Source of the DNA: Myxococcota bacterium
Lineage (GTDB): Bacteria; Myxococcota_A; SURF-8; G963663525
Reading direction: 5' to 3'
Length of the DNA stretch: 64,000 nucleotides
Assembly (NCBI GenBank): GCA_963676915.2
Contig: CAXXVK010000052.1
Location: 90,459-154,458 of the forward strand
Position 1 is the stretch's first letter; every line of letters begins with the position of its first letter. Both the position numbers and the translations under genes were made by a program. The notes under the pieces were generated by a model. That model was not told the DNA's origin and searched no databases. It worked only from the letters and a program-made list of their open reading frames with translations. Below are positions 44,706-56,800 of this stretch, one piece after another.

Positions 44706-47700
44706 TCAATGATTCCCACGATCCAGGCGAACCCGTGCCTCGTCATGAGCCGCGACACCGGAAACCTCCGAAGCGGAAACGCCGGAACCTTCGACGATAT
44801 TCGCCACGTAGGTATCGACTACCGTATTGATATCGCCCTCGCCATCGTAGAACATATTGGCTACCGGCACGTTGTATTCCCGCTGAATCTGCTGGAACAC
44901 GCCGCTCGTCACCGATCCCGGCATACAACCGAACGGAGCGCAGTTTACCACAAGCTTCGCCCCCGATTTCATGAACTCGATGGCCCGCCCCAACGTGATG
45001 ATGGTTTCTCCCTCGAAATCCATCGGCACGAAACGCTTGCCTTCCTTTACCGTGGAAGAAATCGGCGGTTCGTGACGATCGTCGAGCACCGGAGAAACGA
45101 ACTTCGTCCACTGCGTCTCGTCTTTGGCGAGAAAGCGATTTTTCAAAAACGCGCCCATACGTTCCCCGAGCGAACCGGATCGGTACCCCTTGGTCCAGGA
45201 TTCCATGTAAGCGGTGTAAATGATCCATTCGCTGATCGGCGCGAGCCAGGCTTCGCCGCCGGCTTTCTCGATCCGTCGGACGACATCCTGGTTGGTGAAA
45301 CGATTGTTGCGAACATAGATTTCACCCACGATTCCCACAAGCGGCTTGTTCACATTGCGCGTCGGCACACTTAAAAACGCCTGTTTCGCCTTTTCTACAA
45401 CAGGTCGCAGATCGACTCCTTCGGCAAAGGCATCGGAAAGATTCTGTATCCATTGTTCGTACAATGTTTCGGTTTGACCCGCTTGTTGCTCGTATGGCAG
45501 GATTTTACAGCGCATTTTGAACAGCAGATCTCCCAGAACCAGCGCCGACCACATTTTTCGGCGCGTCTTATCGTCGGTTCCGTCGTAGCTGTCGGTGCTG
45601 GTCCAGGAAACGATCGGCACATCATCCCAACCCATACGCTTGAAAATCATCCGATCCAGCGTGCAATACTGACCGAAAACGACAAGGACCGGAAGCCGTA
45701 GGCATAAACAGCGCATGCTTTTTCGGATCGCCGCCTTCCCTGGCTACAGTGGCTAAAAACGTACCTAAAGTCGCCGGACACGGCACGCACTCTCCACCCC
45801 GCGTGTGCTTCTTTCCTTCAAGGAATGCCTCGTGATCCTCCACGGGTAACGGTCGAGCCTGCATCCCCGTATTTCGCATGACAGCGGCCATGAAGTGCGG
45901 ATGTGGCTCTCCCATCGGCGGCAACCAAAGCGTTCGCCCTTGCAAGGCTTTGCTATCGGTGGATGGTTTCGAGAATCCGTAAGGCTCGACTCGTTCCACT
46001 TCGTTGACGTGCAGCACGTCGGCAAACGCTTCCAAAACGCGTCAGGTATCCGGCGTCCGCGCCGTGCTCGTCCAGTTCGAGCATCAGCATCGGCTTGTCA
46101 CCCATTACTTCCTCGGCGTAGGTCTGAATGAACGAGTCCGGACCACAGGAAAAATTGCTGAAATATACGGCGTAGAGGTTCGGCGTTCGAGCGATGTAAC
46201 GCACCGCTTCCATGATTTTACGTCCGAAATTCCAGAACAGGTTACTAAATTCCGACCCGATCTCTTCGTCATCGATTGGGAGATAATCCAGTGGAATCAC
46301 TTGGAAACCCAGTCGAGAGATTTTTTCAGGCAGCGCCAGGTTGGCCCCCGCGTCATACGTATTGTACGGACGCCCCAGCACGACGATGCCCGGCCTGCCG
46401 GACGCCTGGAATTCTTCCATGGCTTTTTTCCCGGCGTCCCGTACGCTGTCTTCGTAAGTCCGGTAGCTTTTGCGAGCCTGTTTCCAGGCACGAGCGATGT
46501 CTTTTTTCTTGCGCCCTAGCGTCTCGCCCAAATCGCCGGTAAGACGCTCGATTGCGGTTTTATCGTCCCAACGCAGGTCCAGTGTCGCCGCTACGATACT
46601 TTCGGCATCCCTTCCGTTTAGTGTCGCCGCCGAACGCAGCATGGCGGGAAGTGCAATGTTGTACGGACAAAAATAGGACTTCGTGGTTTTCGGAGAGTCT
46701 CCGGCATTGACCATGTACGGAACGAAAATCCGTTCCATGTTCTTATGTTCCAGCAAATACCGTAGATGTCCATGGGCCAGTTTGACGGGATGGCAATAAT
46801 CGCCTCCCACCCAATCGGAGGACAGCTTGACGATATCTTCGTCCGTCTGGGGCGACAGTTCCAATCTGTACCCCAACTCGGCGAAAAACCGCTTCCACAA
46901 CGGAGCGTAGCTGTAGGCAAGAAGAGCGCGGGGATACCCGATCACGGGAGCATCCTCGGGCAGCTTCGTCTCATCTCCTGCCTTTTCCCAAAGACGTTTT
47001 CGTTGGCGGAAGTATTTGAAATCCTTGTTGCTTTTAACATGTGTATCTTCCGGTTCACGACCGCAAAGATAACCCCAACTCGGGCGTTCGTCGAGACCGT
47101 CCACTTCGGCAAACGTGATGTGGCAATGATTCTGGCACAGCGTGCAGTCCTCGCCGGTCAGTTTCACGTCCCGGTCCGCGAACTCCAAGCCGGTAAAGCG
47201 CGTTGTCTCGCTTTGTTCGGCCATCTGACGCTTGGTGAGCAACGCCACACCCCAGCATCCCATAACGTGACAATAGGGCGAAACGACAACCTCGATATCC
47301 AACAGGTTTTCGAAGGCCGCTACCAATCCCTTGTTTCTAGCCGTCGCCCCTTGGAAAAACACCTTTGTTTTCGAGTAGTACCGGTTGCCCACCACTTTGT
47401 TCAGATAGTTTTGTACGACCGAGTACATCACCGCGCCCATCACTTCACGTCGGGAATATCCCTTGCGCAGCAATGTGCGGGCATCCTGATCCATGAATAC
47501 GGTGCAACGGTCGGATGTCGGCGGCGGCGTTACGCCAAGCACCTCATCCCCCAGCGTGAACAGATCGAAACCCATCTTGCGGCTCAATTCCTCAACGAAC
47601 GAACCGGTACCTGCCGCACAAACATAGTTCATGTTTGCGTTGTGCAACTGGCCGTTGACGGTGTGAACATACTTGGCGTCCTGTCCACCGATCTCGAAAA

Positions 47701-48964
47701 TGGTGTCAATCTCCGGGTCGGTCTTCATCGCTCCGGCAACGTGAGCGCTGATTTCGTTGATGATCCGATCCGCTCCAATCACGGAACCGATCAGTTTGCG
47801 CCCCGAACCCGTGGTTCCGACGCCCAGAACGTCGATGTTTCCCCCGCGTTCTTTGACCAATGTACGAAGTGCGCGGAACAACAATTGGGTTGCCTGAATC
47901 GGAGCGCCCCCGGTTTTGCGATAAATATCCAGCACCACTTGCTCGTCTTCATCGACCAGCATCAGCTTGGTGGATGTCGAACCGATATCGATACCTAAAT
48001 ATCCGGAAAGCCGACCATTTTCGGGCCAATGGGTTACACGGACCTCGTTGTTGTCTTCATCGATGAAAAACGACTCTACTTCGAACGACGGATAGCGAGT
48101 CCGATGCAGTTCGAGAGGCTTGCGCAACGCTTCGGCGTCGGCGGTCTCCTCGGCTTCATCGAGTCGTGAAAGGTCGAATTCTCGGGGGACGGGCGCTGCC
48201 CCCAGCGCCGCGCCCCAGGCCCCGATTTCTTGCGTAGATTCAGCGACTTCCAGCCCTTCGGGCAGGGCTTCGGAAAGCCAGCGTACCACCTCGCGATTCA
48301 GCGCTACGCCGCCGACCATCGCGGTTTTCCCCTGTGGTTTCCTCCCCTTGAACAACGTCATCAAAATGGTCCGGGCCAAGCCCTTGCACAGACCCGACCA
48401 CATCTCCTCTTTGCCGAAGCCTTCCTGTTGACGGTGGATCAGGTCGCTTTTGGCAAACACAGCACAACGGGCGGCGATGCTCGGTGGATGCTCCACCGGT
48501 TGCATGGTCGCCAGCCGTTCGTACTCGACACCAAGCCGGGCGGCCTGCTCGTCGAGAAACGATCCGGTTCCCGCCGCACACATGGTGTTGGTCTGGTAGC
48601 CGGAAAACTCCCCGTACTCATCCAGCTCGACCAGCGATAACGAACCGCCACCCACATCGATAATCTGCCGAACGTCTTCGAAGCGCGAGGTCACGCCACG
48701 AACCACTGCCGCCACCTCGTTGCTTTCTTCCATTGAAAGAGCATGGGCAACCAACGCGCCGTTACTTCCGATAATCCCCAGCGATAACGGCCGGTTGTCA
48801 ATATCGGCTTCAACAAGCAACGTGCGTGCGGCACGAAAGATTTCCCCTTTGTGCGCCAGACTTCGATGAAACAAGCACGTTCCGTCCTCGGCCAAAACCA
48901 CAACTTTGACGAACAAAGCTCCGACATCCAGACCTACACGCACCGGTTGATTTTTCGAATCCAT
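44706..48964 (-). CDS. Fused acyl-CoA dehydratase activase / DUF2229 reductase (PlsAR/Ger-like), with two frameshifts
   Basis: Two ASKHA activase domains (GLDVG..DVGG..CAAGTGSFLDEQA..CAVFAKSD; GIDIGSTSTK..EIGGQDAK..CAAGTGSF..CTVF), CTLCQNHC, CHPVK, FCPY, GRPYN, FSCGPDSF, ECVPC, GPCRFGQY, IVGEIYVR, PFGCMPG. Removing one T near 46035 and one near 45677 gives a single ORF of about 1418 aa. Confidence 0.88.
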
Positions 48965-49178
48965 TCGTTTTTTCCTTGCGAGAAATCGACTCTCGTTCAT
49001 TTAAACCTGGAACATTTATGAAGAATCTACTGCGACGTGAAAACTCTCGATCTTTCACTCGTTTCCCGATTTTTATCCTCGACAGACAGTTCAGTATGCC
49101 TGCGGGTAAAAATCGCTCCAACTTCGTGAAATATCATCGGTTTTCTACGTCTCGTTACGATTCTCATAAATAATCCAG

Positions 49179-49212
49179 GTTAAACAATTAGTTTAACTAA
49201 ATCTTTAGTTAA
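49179..49212. promoter_or_regulatory. Overlapping palindromes, candidate TetR operator
   Basis: GTTAAAC-AATTA-GTTTAAC (49179-49197) and TTAACTAAA-TC-TTTAGTTAA (49193-49212), between tetR and the activase gene. Confidence 0.6.
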
Positions 49213-49256
49213 TTTTCAGAGCAAGTAAAGCCATTCTTTCATTTTTTCAAGTTTTT

Positions 49257-49898
49257 TTAGATTTTCGGCTTTTCAGGGTCCGCCAATAATATCCTGAAAA
49301 TCATTTCCAACAGTAGATCGCGGCGGCTGTCGATTTGGTGTTCCGCAGTGCTGTCCTTACCCATGAGGACTTCAAGAAAGAGACTATCGGAAAAATATGT
49401 AACGGTCATGCCGTAAATCGCCGTCAGCAGATGATCCGGGTCGATGGGTCGAAACACACCCATGTTCATCCCTTTAATCAAAAATGTCCTCGCTCGCTCG
49501 TACAACGGATGAAAATGGGTTTTGATCAGATCGAAAAAGAACTCCTGGTTATCATGACCGGTTTCCATCGAGGTAATCCGAGCAAAATTACGGTGGCGGC
49601 TGGCATAGTCGAAGAATCCTTCGAAAAACAGTTGGATTTTTTCGATGGGGGGAATCGGCTCGGGTGCGATTTTCCCAACCAAATCCACGAGATCCTGAAT
49701 CATCCTTGTCAAAACAGCGCGATGCAATTCCTCTTTGGAATTGAAATAGTAGTGAATCATAGCACTCGTCACCCCGGCACGAGCACTGATATCCTTGATT
49801 CGCGCACCGCCAAAACCATTTTCGGCGAAAATAGCTTCCGCACTGTCGATAATGCGTTCTCTCGTGTTTTTTGTGTCTTTTTCCTCGGTGGCCAACAC
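49257..49898 (-). CDS. TetR/AcrR family transcriptional regulator
   Basis: TRERIIDSAEAIFAENGFGGARIKDISARAGVTSAMIHYYFNSKEEL HTH and GVFRPIDP. GTG start inferred from the RBS. Confidence 0.93.
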   Translation of the reverse strand: MLATEEKDTKNTRERIIDSAEAIFAENGFGGARIKDISARAGVTSAMIHYYFNSKEELHRAVLTRMIQDLVDLVGKIAPEPIPPIEKIQLFFEGFFDYASRHRNFARITSMETGHDNQEFFFDLIKTHFHPLYERARTFLIKGMNMGVFRPIDPDHLLTAIYGMTVTYFSDSLFLEVLMGKDSTAEHQIDSRRDLLLEMIFRILLADPEKPKI

Positions 49899-50100
49899 CT
49901 TTTCTCCCGTCCGATGCCCTGAAGATTGTCTCAATGAAAAAGCGTTTTCAAGCAAGGGGGTCAACACTCGTTACCGAGCAAAGGCCCGCTATCAGAGAAC
50001 AAATCCGTCCCCCTCTATCCGTTCCTTATTCCATCTTCCTCGTATATCAACCGGTCCACCGTACCGAAATCGGTGCGGTGGACCGGCGATTGTGTCGAAA

Positions 50101-53100
50101 TCAGTATACCCAGTCCATGGTTTCGCCATCGACCGTCAACGTTTCAGGCTTTTTCGTGCAGAAAATACCGTCAACATGCTCGATCAACTCCAGCACGGCG
50201 CTCTCATGCTGAGACATCAGCTTGCCTTGCTGGTCGCCATCCAGAATCACACCGTCCACAGGATTGTGCCGAGACGCCACGTTGTTGCTGTAGAAGTTGC
50301 CCTTCATGCATTCGGCTTTTCGCTCCGAGCACTTGCGATCCACGTAACATTGTTCCCGTTCGGTTTCGAGCACGTACTCTTCCCTGCAATCGCTTTGGCA
50401 ACGATCTGCGCTATCGCACTTTCCATCGGGGAACAGCGTGATCATCTTCTGCATGGTCCCTTCTTTCATGAGACCGAACAGGATAGGAATAGCCACGGCG
50501 TTGTCTTCCGGTTCCTGTCCATATCCATGAGCAAGCAAAATAACCGGGAAACGTTTGGTATCGAGGCAGGTATGGGCCTTGGGTGAACCATCGTCATCCA
50601 TGCCGTTTTCCACGTTGGCTTCATAACCCATTTCTTCATTGGAATAGTAACCCGGCGGCAAAGCGATGGAGTAATTGGCCAGCCGTCCCAACACATCGGA
50701 ATAATAGGTGTATTGCTTGAGCAGGTTGTTGGGGTCCATGTCCATATCGAGAACTTCGTAATCTCCCTTGGGGAAGTGCGCATCGGCGAAACCGTACAAC
50801 GCCTGAACCCGGAAAATCGTCTGGTTGGGCATACCCAAGTGACGACCGTCACCCGATTTGATGTCCTGCCAGGTCGCCCAATACCGACCGTAGCGCAACA
50901 GCACGTCATGACCCAGCTTGCCGTAATCGACCTTGAGGAAGTTGAAATCGCCGATATCGTCGCTTTCCGGCTTGAGCATTCCCATTACGGAATCGTAGCG
51001 GTTCGCATGCAATCCTTCCGACCCCAGACGAGCTTCCAACGTACCGATGAGCGTATCTCCCATGGTGACGAACGAAGCAATATCCCGGATTCCGGCGTCC
51101 ATCCAAACGTTCACCCGCTTCAGATCGTCCAGCCCCATGTTCATGACATGGTGACGGGCACAGTTGGCAAACCAGTTTTGAATATTGGGGTTGTTGTCGA
51201 ATTTCCCGTTGCCTTCACCGAAATCCCAAGGGCCGTTTTCGTCACCGGGTTCCGTATAAGTATCCGGAATCTGAGGAGTTCCTTCCACCCCATCCAAGCC
51301 GACATCCTCGTAGGCTTCGCCTTCGTCCCACAGACCATTGCCTTCTGTCCCAAGAGCATTCGTGACAGGGTGGTAATCGTCATCGGTGGTGTCGCCCGCC
51401 TCACCGGGACACAGGCCATCGGAACCGCAGTCTTCGAACGGCTCCCACAACTGACGCAGCACCGGCTCGCCGATGTCGCGCATTCCGTTGCGGTTGAAGT
51501 CCACCGCCAAAGCGATGTCCAACCGGTTGTAGTTTCTGCCGGGATCTTCCATCTTGAACTCACCACGACGGTCGGTCCAAATCGTACCTTCCGAATCGGT
51601 GAATTTCGAGGAACCGTCGCAAATCAGAATTACCGGGTATTCTCCAGCGGGGTTGTATTCGCGGTCGTAGAAGTTTTTCAAAGCAAAGCTGCGGTAGTTT
51701 TCATCCAACGAGCGCGAACGCATCCGACCGGCCAGCATGCGAACCTGGCAGGTTCCATCCGGCCAGTTTTCTTCCAACGTTCCATCCGTGAAATACGTAT
51801 GCTCGTCCGCCGGTACGCCGACCTCGGAACCTTCTTCCGGCAGGACGCAAACGCCCCATTCGCCGAAAGCCGTGACGCAGCTATCGTTTTTCTTGCACAA
51901 AACGCGGCATTGTCCACTCGGCCACTCCGACTCCGGGGTACCGTTGGTGTAAAAATCCGCCTCGGAAATGAGTTTGTTGTTGTAGATACAGCCCAACCGA
52001 AGCCCATCGTCTCCAAAGCTACAATCCGTATCGTGTTTGCAGGAACCGCCGCTCTCGGGATACACCCAGAGTTTGCACGCTTCGTCCCGATCTTTGCCGT
52101 CTTTGTAGATTTCGTCGAGGTATTTCAGGTCGGGGTTGAGCGCACCAGGAGCCAGGTAGGGGGAATCCTGGGAATAGCTGGTGGGATTACCGAAGGAAAA
52201 CGAAAGATCCTGGAACAGTTGGACGTACTCTTCACGGTTGAAGTTGCCGCCCTGATCATCGAAGTACCAGTTGTTATAGCCCATGGCGTGCAAATCGTTG
52301 AAAAGCACGTAAATACAGCGATTAACCAACTCTTCTTTCAATTCGGCTTGCTCGGCTGCCGTCAGGCTTTCGTCAGTCACAACAATAGATTCACAAGCTT
52401 CGAGGTGCTCGGGCGGAGCACTCATCGCCGCTTCTTCATTGTAGAAAAAGTCGCTTGGACGACCCAGGAACCATCGCCCCGGAGGAGTCACGGTATCGGT
52501 AGAACGGGGAATTCCTTTGGGACGATACCAGAACTCGGGATTCGTCTGAAATCCTCGCCAGCCACATTCCGCTTGTTCGTTCTTGACGAAAGCATCCAAC
52601 TCCTCGGCTGTTTTCCAGACCGGATTGTCGCCATCCATCACCATATTGCCGTTTTCGTCGTACTTTTTCGTAATCTGATCGAACGTGCAGAAGCCACCAA
52701 GATACAGATCGTGAACGTTCTTAATGAACTGGTCGAACCCCATCCAACCACCCATCGGGGCAATGATGTCGAACCATTCCGAGTTGTTGAACCCTACGAG
52801 CGCTGCACCGGCCGAGCCCATCGAAATTCCCGCCATCGCTCGGTAGGTAAAGTCCCGTTCTTTTGTTTCCTGAATCTCGGAACGCGCCACGACCTGATAG
52901 GTTCCAAAATGGATTTCCATGATAGAAACCACTTCCCTATCCCGATCGATCTTGACCCGAGAAAGGTTTTTCGGCGTAAAGAAGGGGGCGTTGGTATCGC
53001 CGTTCGTCTTGCCGTTGTCGGGATCGAGTTGAATCAAGACGTTGATATGATAATCCATCGCGTTTTCCGGAAGTTTATCCAATGAAAACGGTAACGTAAC

Positions 53101-53529
53101 AGCGACATCGCGGCGCAAGTCGGGGACATCTCCGTCCGTCACAGGCGTGGCTTTAAACGTGACCGCCGGACCAACTGCTGTCCATCCGTCCGCAACGAGA
53201 TCGTCTGCCGCCTGAATCGCGACGTTCACATCCACGACCGCATCGTCGTTTTCGATATCGATCCCTGCGCCATCCAGTTCTTCCCCTGCAGCGCAGTACT
53301 GGACATGTCCGCCACCGACTTTACCCACCTGCAATTCGGGCTGATGTTCACCGCTCTTGCATTTGGTGGTTACAACCGTTTCTTCCAATTCCTCTTCGAC
53401 AACGATCTCCTGATCACCGTCGATCGGACCTCCTGAGGAGCTATCCGAGCTGCATCCTATTACGGGTAGGACCAATAGCCCAACCGCCAACAACAGCCAA
53501 CCATCGGAAAAAGGAAAGAGTCGCTTCAT
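50101..53529 (-). CDS. Large lipoprotein with an apparently circularly permuted alpha/beta-hydrolase (esterase) domain
   Basis: Lipobox VIGC, YRAMAGISMGSAGA (GxSxG), VWMDAGIRD, DGRHLG, and C-terminal YSDVLGRLANYSIALPPGY...RFPVILLAHGYG...FPDG. Confidence 0.8.
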   Translation of the reverse strand: MKRLFPFSDGWLLLAVGLLVLPVIGCSSDSSSGGPIDGDQEIVVEEELEETVVTTKCKSGEHQPELQVGKVGGGHVQYCAAGEELDGAGIDIENDDAVVDVNVAIQAADDLVADGWTAVGPAVTFKATPVTDGDVPDLRRDVAVTLPFSLDKLPENAMDYHINVLIQLDPDNGKTNGDTNAPFFTPKNLSRVKIDRDREVVSIMEIHFGTYQVVARSEIQETKERDFTYRAMAGISMGSAGAALVGFNNSEWFDIIAPMGGWMGFDQFIKNVHDLYLGGFCTFDQITKKYDENGNMVMDGDNPVWKTAEELDAFVKNEQAECGWRGFQTNPEFWYRPKGIPRSTDTVTPPGRWFLGRPSDFFYNEEAAMSAPPEHLEACESIVVTDESLTAAEQAELKEELVNRCIYVLFNDLHAMGYNNWYFDDQGGNFNREEYVQLFQDLSFSFGNPTSYSQDSPYLAPGALNPDLKYLDEIYKDGKDRDEACKLWVYPESGGSCKHDTDCSFGDDGLRLGCIYNNKLISEADFYTNGTPESEWPSGQCRVLCKKNDSCVTAFGEWGVCVLPEEGSEVGVPADEHTYFTDGTLEENWPDGTCQVRMLAGRMRSRSLDENYRSFALKNFYDREYNPAGEYPVILICDGSSKFTDSEGTIWTDRRGEFKMEDPGRNYNRLDIALAVDFNRNGMRDIGEPVLRQLWEPFEDCGSDGLCPGEAGDTTDDDYHPVTNALGTEGNGLWDEGEAYEDVGLDGVEGTPQIPDTYTEPGDENGPWDFGEGNGKFDNNPNIQNWFANCARHHVMNMGLDDLKRVNVWMDAGIRDIASFVTMGDTLIGTLEARLGSEGLHANRYDSVMGMLKPESDDIGDFNFLKVDYGKLGHDVLLRYGRYWATWQDIKSGDGRHLGMPNQTIFRVQALYGFADAHFPKGDYEVLDMDMDPNNLLKQYTYYSDVLGRLANYSIALPPGYYSNEEMGYEANVENGMDDDGSPKAHTCLDTKRFPVILLAHGYGQEPEDNAVAIPILFGLMKEGTMQKMITLFPDGKCDSADRCQSDCREEYVLETEREQCYVDRKCSERKAECMKGNFYSNNVASRHNPVDGVILDGDQQGKLMSQHESAVLELIEHVDGIFCTKKPETLTVDGETMDWVY

Positions 53530-53756
53530 GTTTTTCTCCTCGGATGAGTCACGATGCAAAGGGGCAAAATGACGAAACAATTTATTCCGGTCTTGTTAGA
53601 CGTTCGATCAACCTACCAAGTTTCTTTTTGAAGTCAAGCCGACCATACCGAAATCGTACGAGTTTGAAACTTCGACAATTTCCATGAAAACGGTACGAAC
53701 TGATCAAAGTCTTCGTACTATCTAAAAAATCCCTTTAAAACGCAAATAAAATGATA

Positions 53757-53785
53757 TTGCGCCCAACCTCTGAAACGTCTAATAT
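53757..53785 (+). promoter_or_regulatory. Candidate sigma-70 promoter of the giant lipoprotein gene
   Basis: TTGCGC-N17-TAATAT with an AT-rich upstream tract. Confidence 0.45.
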
Positions 53786-53877
53786 AAAATTTGTGAAAAT
53801 TTCACCGATTCAAAGACAAGCTATTGGTATTCGATACGCAGGAAGAACGGGAACTTTATCCCTCTACGAGGTGTAAC

Positions 53878-56800
53878 GTGAAGACGTTTTGGTTGATGTG
53901 CTTAAGTGTGGCTTTCTTGTTTCTCGGGGCTTGCGACGACATTTCCGGTCTCGTCGATCCGGTAGGCGACAGAGATCTGGATTTCGGCGACATCGAAATC
54001 GGCCCTCCCTGCGATTCCTCATTCGACTGCGATCCGGGGTATACCTGCCTTCAAGGGTATTGCATACCCACCAATCCCAATACAAATCCCGATAGCGATA
54101 CGGAAACAGAAGAAGAAGCCGCCAACGAAGAACCGGGCGGCTCTTTTTCCGTCGACCCAACCCTCGTCAGCTTCGGCGCTGTGGTCATGGGTAAAAGCGA
54201 CACCCAGATTGTTACGGCGAGCAACAAGGGCAACGAAGACATCCGCATCGTAACCATCGAGCTGGATCTTTCGTCCTCCAGCGAATTCCAATTGGAGAAT
54301 GTTCCCGAGGGTGAAACCGTGTTATCACCGGGCGACAATCTGCCAATCACGATCCGATACAGTCCCGTTGACGAAGGCGCGGACGAAGGATTGCTGCAAT
54401 TCCACTTCACGGGCGATCCCATCAAAGGAAAAGTCGATATTCCCATTCAGAGCCTTTACAAAGGAATTCCCAACATTCTCGTAGAACCGGAATCCATCGA
54501 TTACGAAAAAGTGTCTGTCGGCCAGACTTCCGATAAATGCCTGACCGTAACCAACGAGATTCCCGACGAAGAAAACATGGTGCTCAATGTACTAGGTGTG
54601 GAGTTTTCGACGGTCAACAGCGGATTTGAAGGTGTGGATCTGCCGAGTTTTCCCCTTGCGGTTCTGCCTCGTGAAAGTGAAACCCTGTGTTTCCGCTTTT
54701 CGCCTACGTCGCCGGGAGTTCACGAAACAACGCTGATTATCGTCAACGACGATCCCTACACCGAAAACGTAGACGACAACGACGCCCGAAAAGAAATTGC
54801 ACTTAAGGGAAAAGGTACTATTGCACAACTGGAAGTCACTGAAAATCCAGTGAATTTCGCACGTGTCAAGGTTAATCAGGACACCGAACAGGACGTTGTT
54901 TTAAAAAACATCGGCGAAGAAAACCTTGTCATCACCGAAATATCTCTCACCGATGATGGAGAAGGATCATTTCATATCGGGACTCCGCTGGAAATTCCCG
55001 AAGGCGGATTGACACTCACTCCCGGACAGGAAGAATCCTTCGACGTGATCTTCAACCCAAGCGATGTAGGTGCCTATGAGGGTTCATTCTCCGTGTATTC
55101 GAATGATTACTACGCCCAACAAAAGGTGGTTGAACTTTCAGGGTATGGAACCATTTCCCGACTGACAGTGCGACCTTCTTCTCGCGAATTCGACGATACG
55201 CCTGTTGGCTCCAGCAACCAAGAGGCTGTAGTATTCGAAAATGAAGGTGAAGCCTCGGTAACTGTCTATGGTCTTGGATTCACTACGGATTCTGTCTTTT
55301 CGCCCGTCGATTCCGGGGTGTTCCCCTTCCAGCTTGAAGTACAGAATTACAAACAGGTCTGGTTTAGTTTCTCTCCTCTGCTGTCGCAGGACTACACCGA
55401 ACACGTTCCTGTGTATTCCGACGACTCCGGCGACGAATTCGACATAACCTTCAGCGGACGCGGAATCGCACCGACGTTCGAAATCGATCCTCCCGGAAAC
55501 CTGCTCGACTTTGGAGACGTAGTTGTCGATGCGGAGGCGCAGAAAACGCTGACAATCACAAACAACGGCACTTATAACCTTGAAATCCTTGATCTTTTAA
55601 TTCTTCAGGACGACAACGGCCCGTTCCGGGTCACCCCCGGTTCTGGATCGGGACGGGACACGCTTTCCTTCACCGTCTCACCAGGAGAATCCCAAACGAT
55701 TCAGGTCTTTTACGAACCGACACAGGACCAGCAACCCGATCAGGGAACTCTGGTGATGTGCAGCAACGATCCCTCGGGAGGCGAGCCACTTAACTGTCCA
55801 AGTGGTGAAAATGCCCGCGAATATCGCTTTACACTGGTCGGCAACGGTATTAAACCCACCCTTACGGTCGAACCGGACCCGGAAGATCCGATCGATTTCT
55901 CCAATATCATTATTGAAACCGAATCCGCACCGGCACATTTTGTCGTCACCAACTCCGGCACAGGTTCCTTACCGATTTTGTCCGTAGATGTGGTGGGTGC
56001 GCAGGCAAGCCGTTTCGAAATCTCCGGGCTGGAAGACCGCGTATTCCCCGTCATGCTGGAAAACCACGATACTTCGGGTGAAAGCCTTCCCTTCGACATC
56101 GTTTTTAAGCCTTTGCAGGAAGAAGTCAGCGAAGCATCGTTGCGTATCACAGCAGAAAGTTACGGTGAGTCGGTCAAATTCATCGATCTCGTCGGCACGG
56201 GTTACGGCTGCCCTTCACATACGCATAACTGCGGACAACAATGCGTCTTGAACAGCGACCCGGACCACTGTGGAACTTCTTGCACGCCATGTGAAGTTCC
56301 CGCCAATGCAACGGCAACCTGTAACGGTGTGGAATGCGGTTACCAGTGTATCGACGACTATTCCGACTGCAATGGGGAGTTCGATGACGGCTGCGAGTCG
56401 CAAATCGATACGGACATAGCCCATTGCGGACACTGTGATACATCCTGTCTCAAAGACAATGCCCACGTCGATTGCGTAGACGGCAATTGTGTCTTCCTTG
56501 GCTGTGAAACCAACTGGCGCGACTGCAACAACGACATTTCCAGCGCGGGATCAGACGGTTGCGAAATCAATATTTCCGAAAACCCGAATCATTGCGGCTA
56601 TTGCTACAGCCCGTGTTCCATTCCCCATGCCGTCACGGAATGTGTAAACAAAACCTGCACGTTCGTGGAATGCGAGGAAAACTGGGGGGATTGCAACAGC
56701 AACGCCCACATTTCCGGTTCGGACGGCTGCGAAACCAATCTACTCGAAAGTGCCAACCACTGCGGAGATTGCTCCACCAGTTGCGAAGTGGACAACGGCA

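Noticed and set aside
50713-53085. 790-aa plus-strand ORF, and similar long antisense ORFs (23582-25054, 46766-47998, 57172-58401, 2899-3987)
   Set aside because: They lie antisense to well-supported genes and have no motifs. Codon bias explains them as shadow ORFs.
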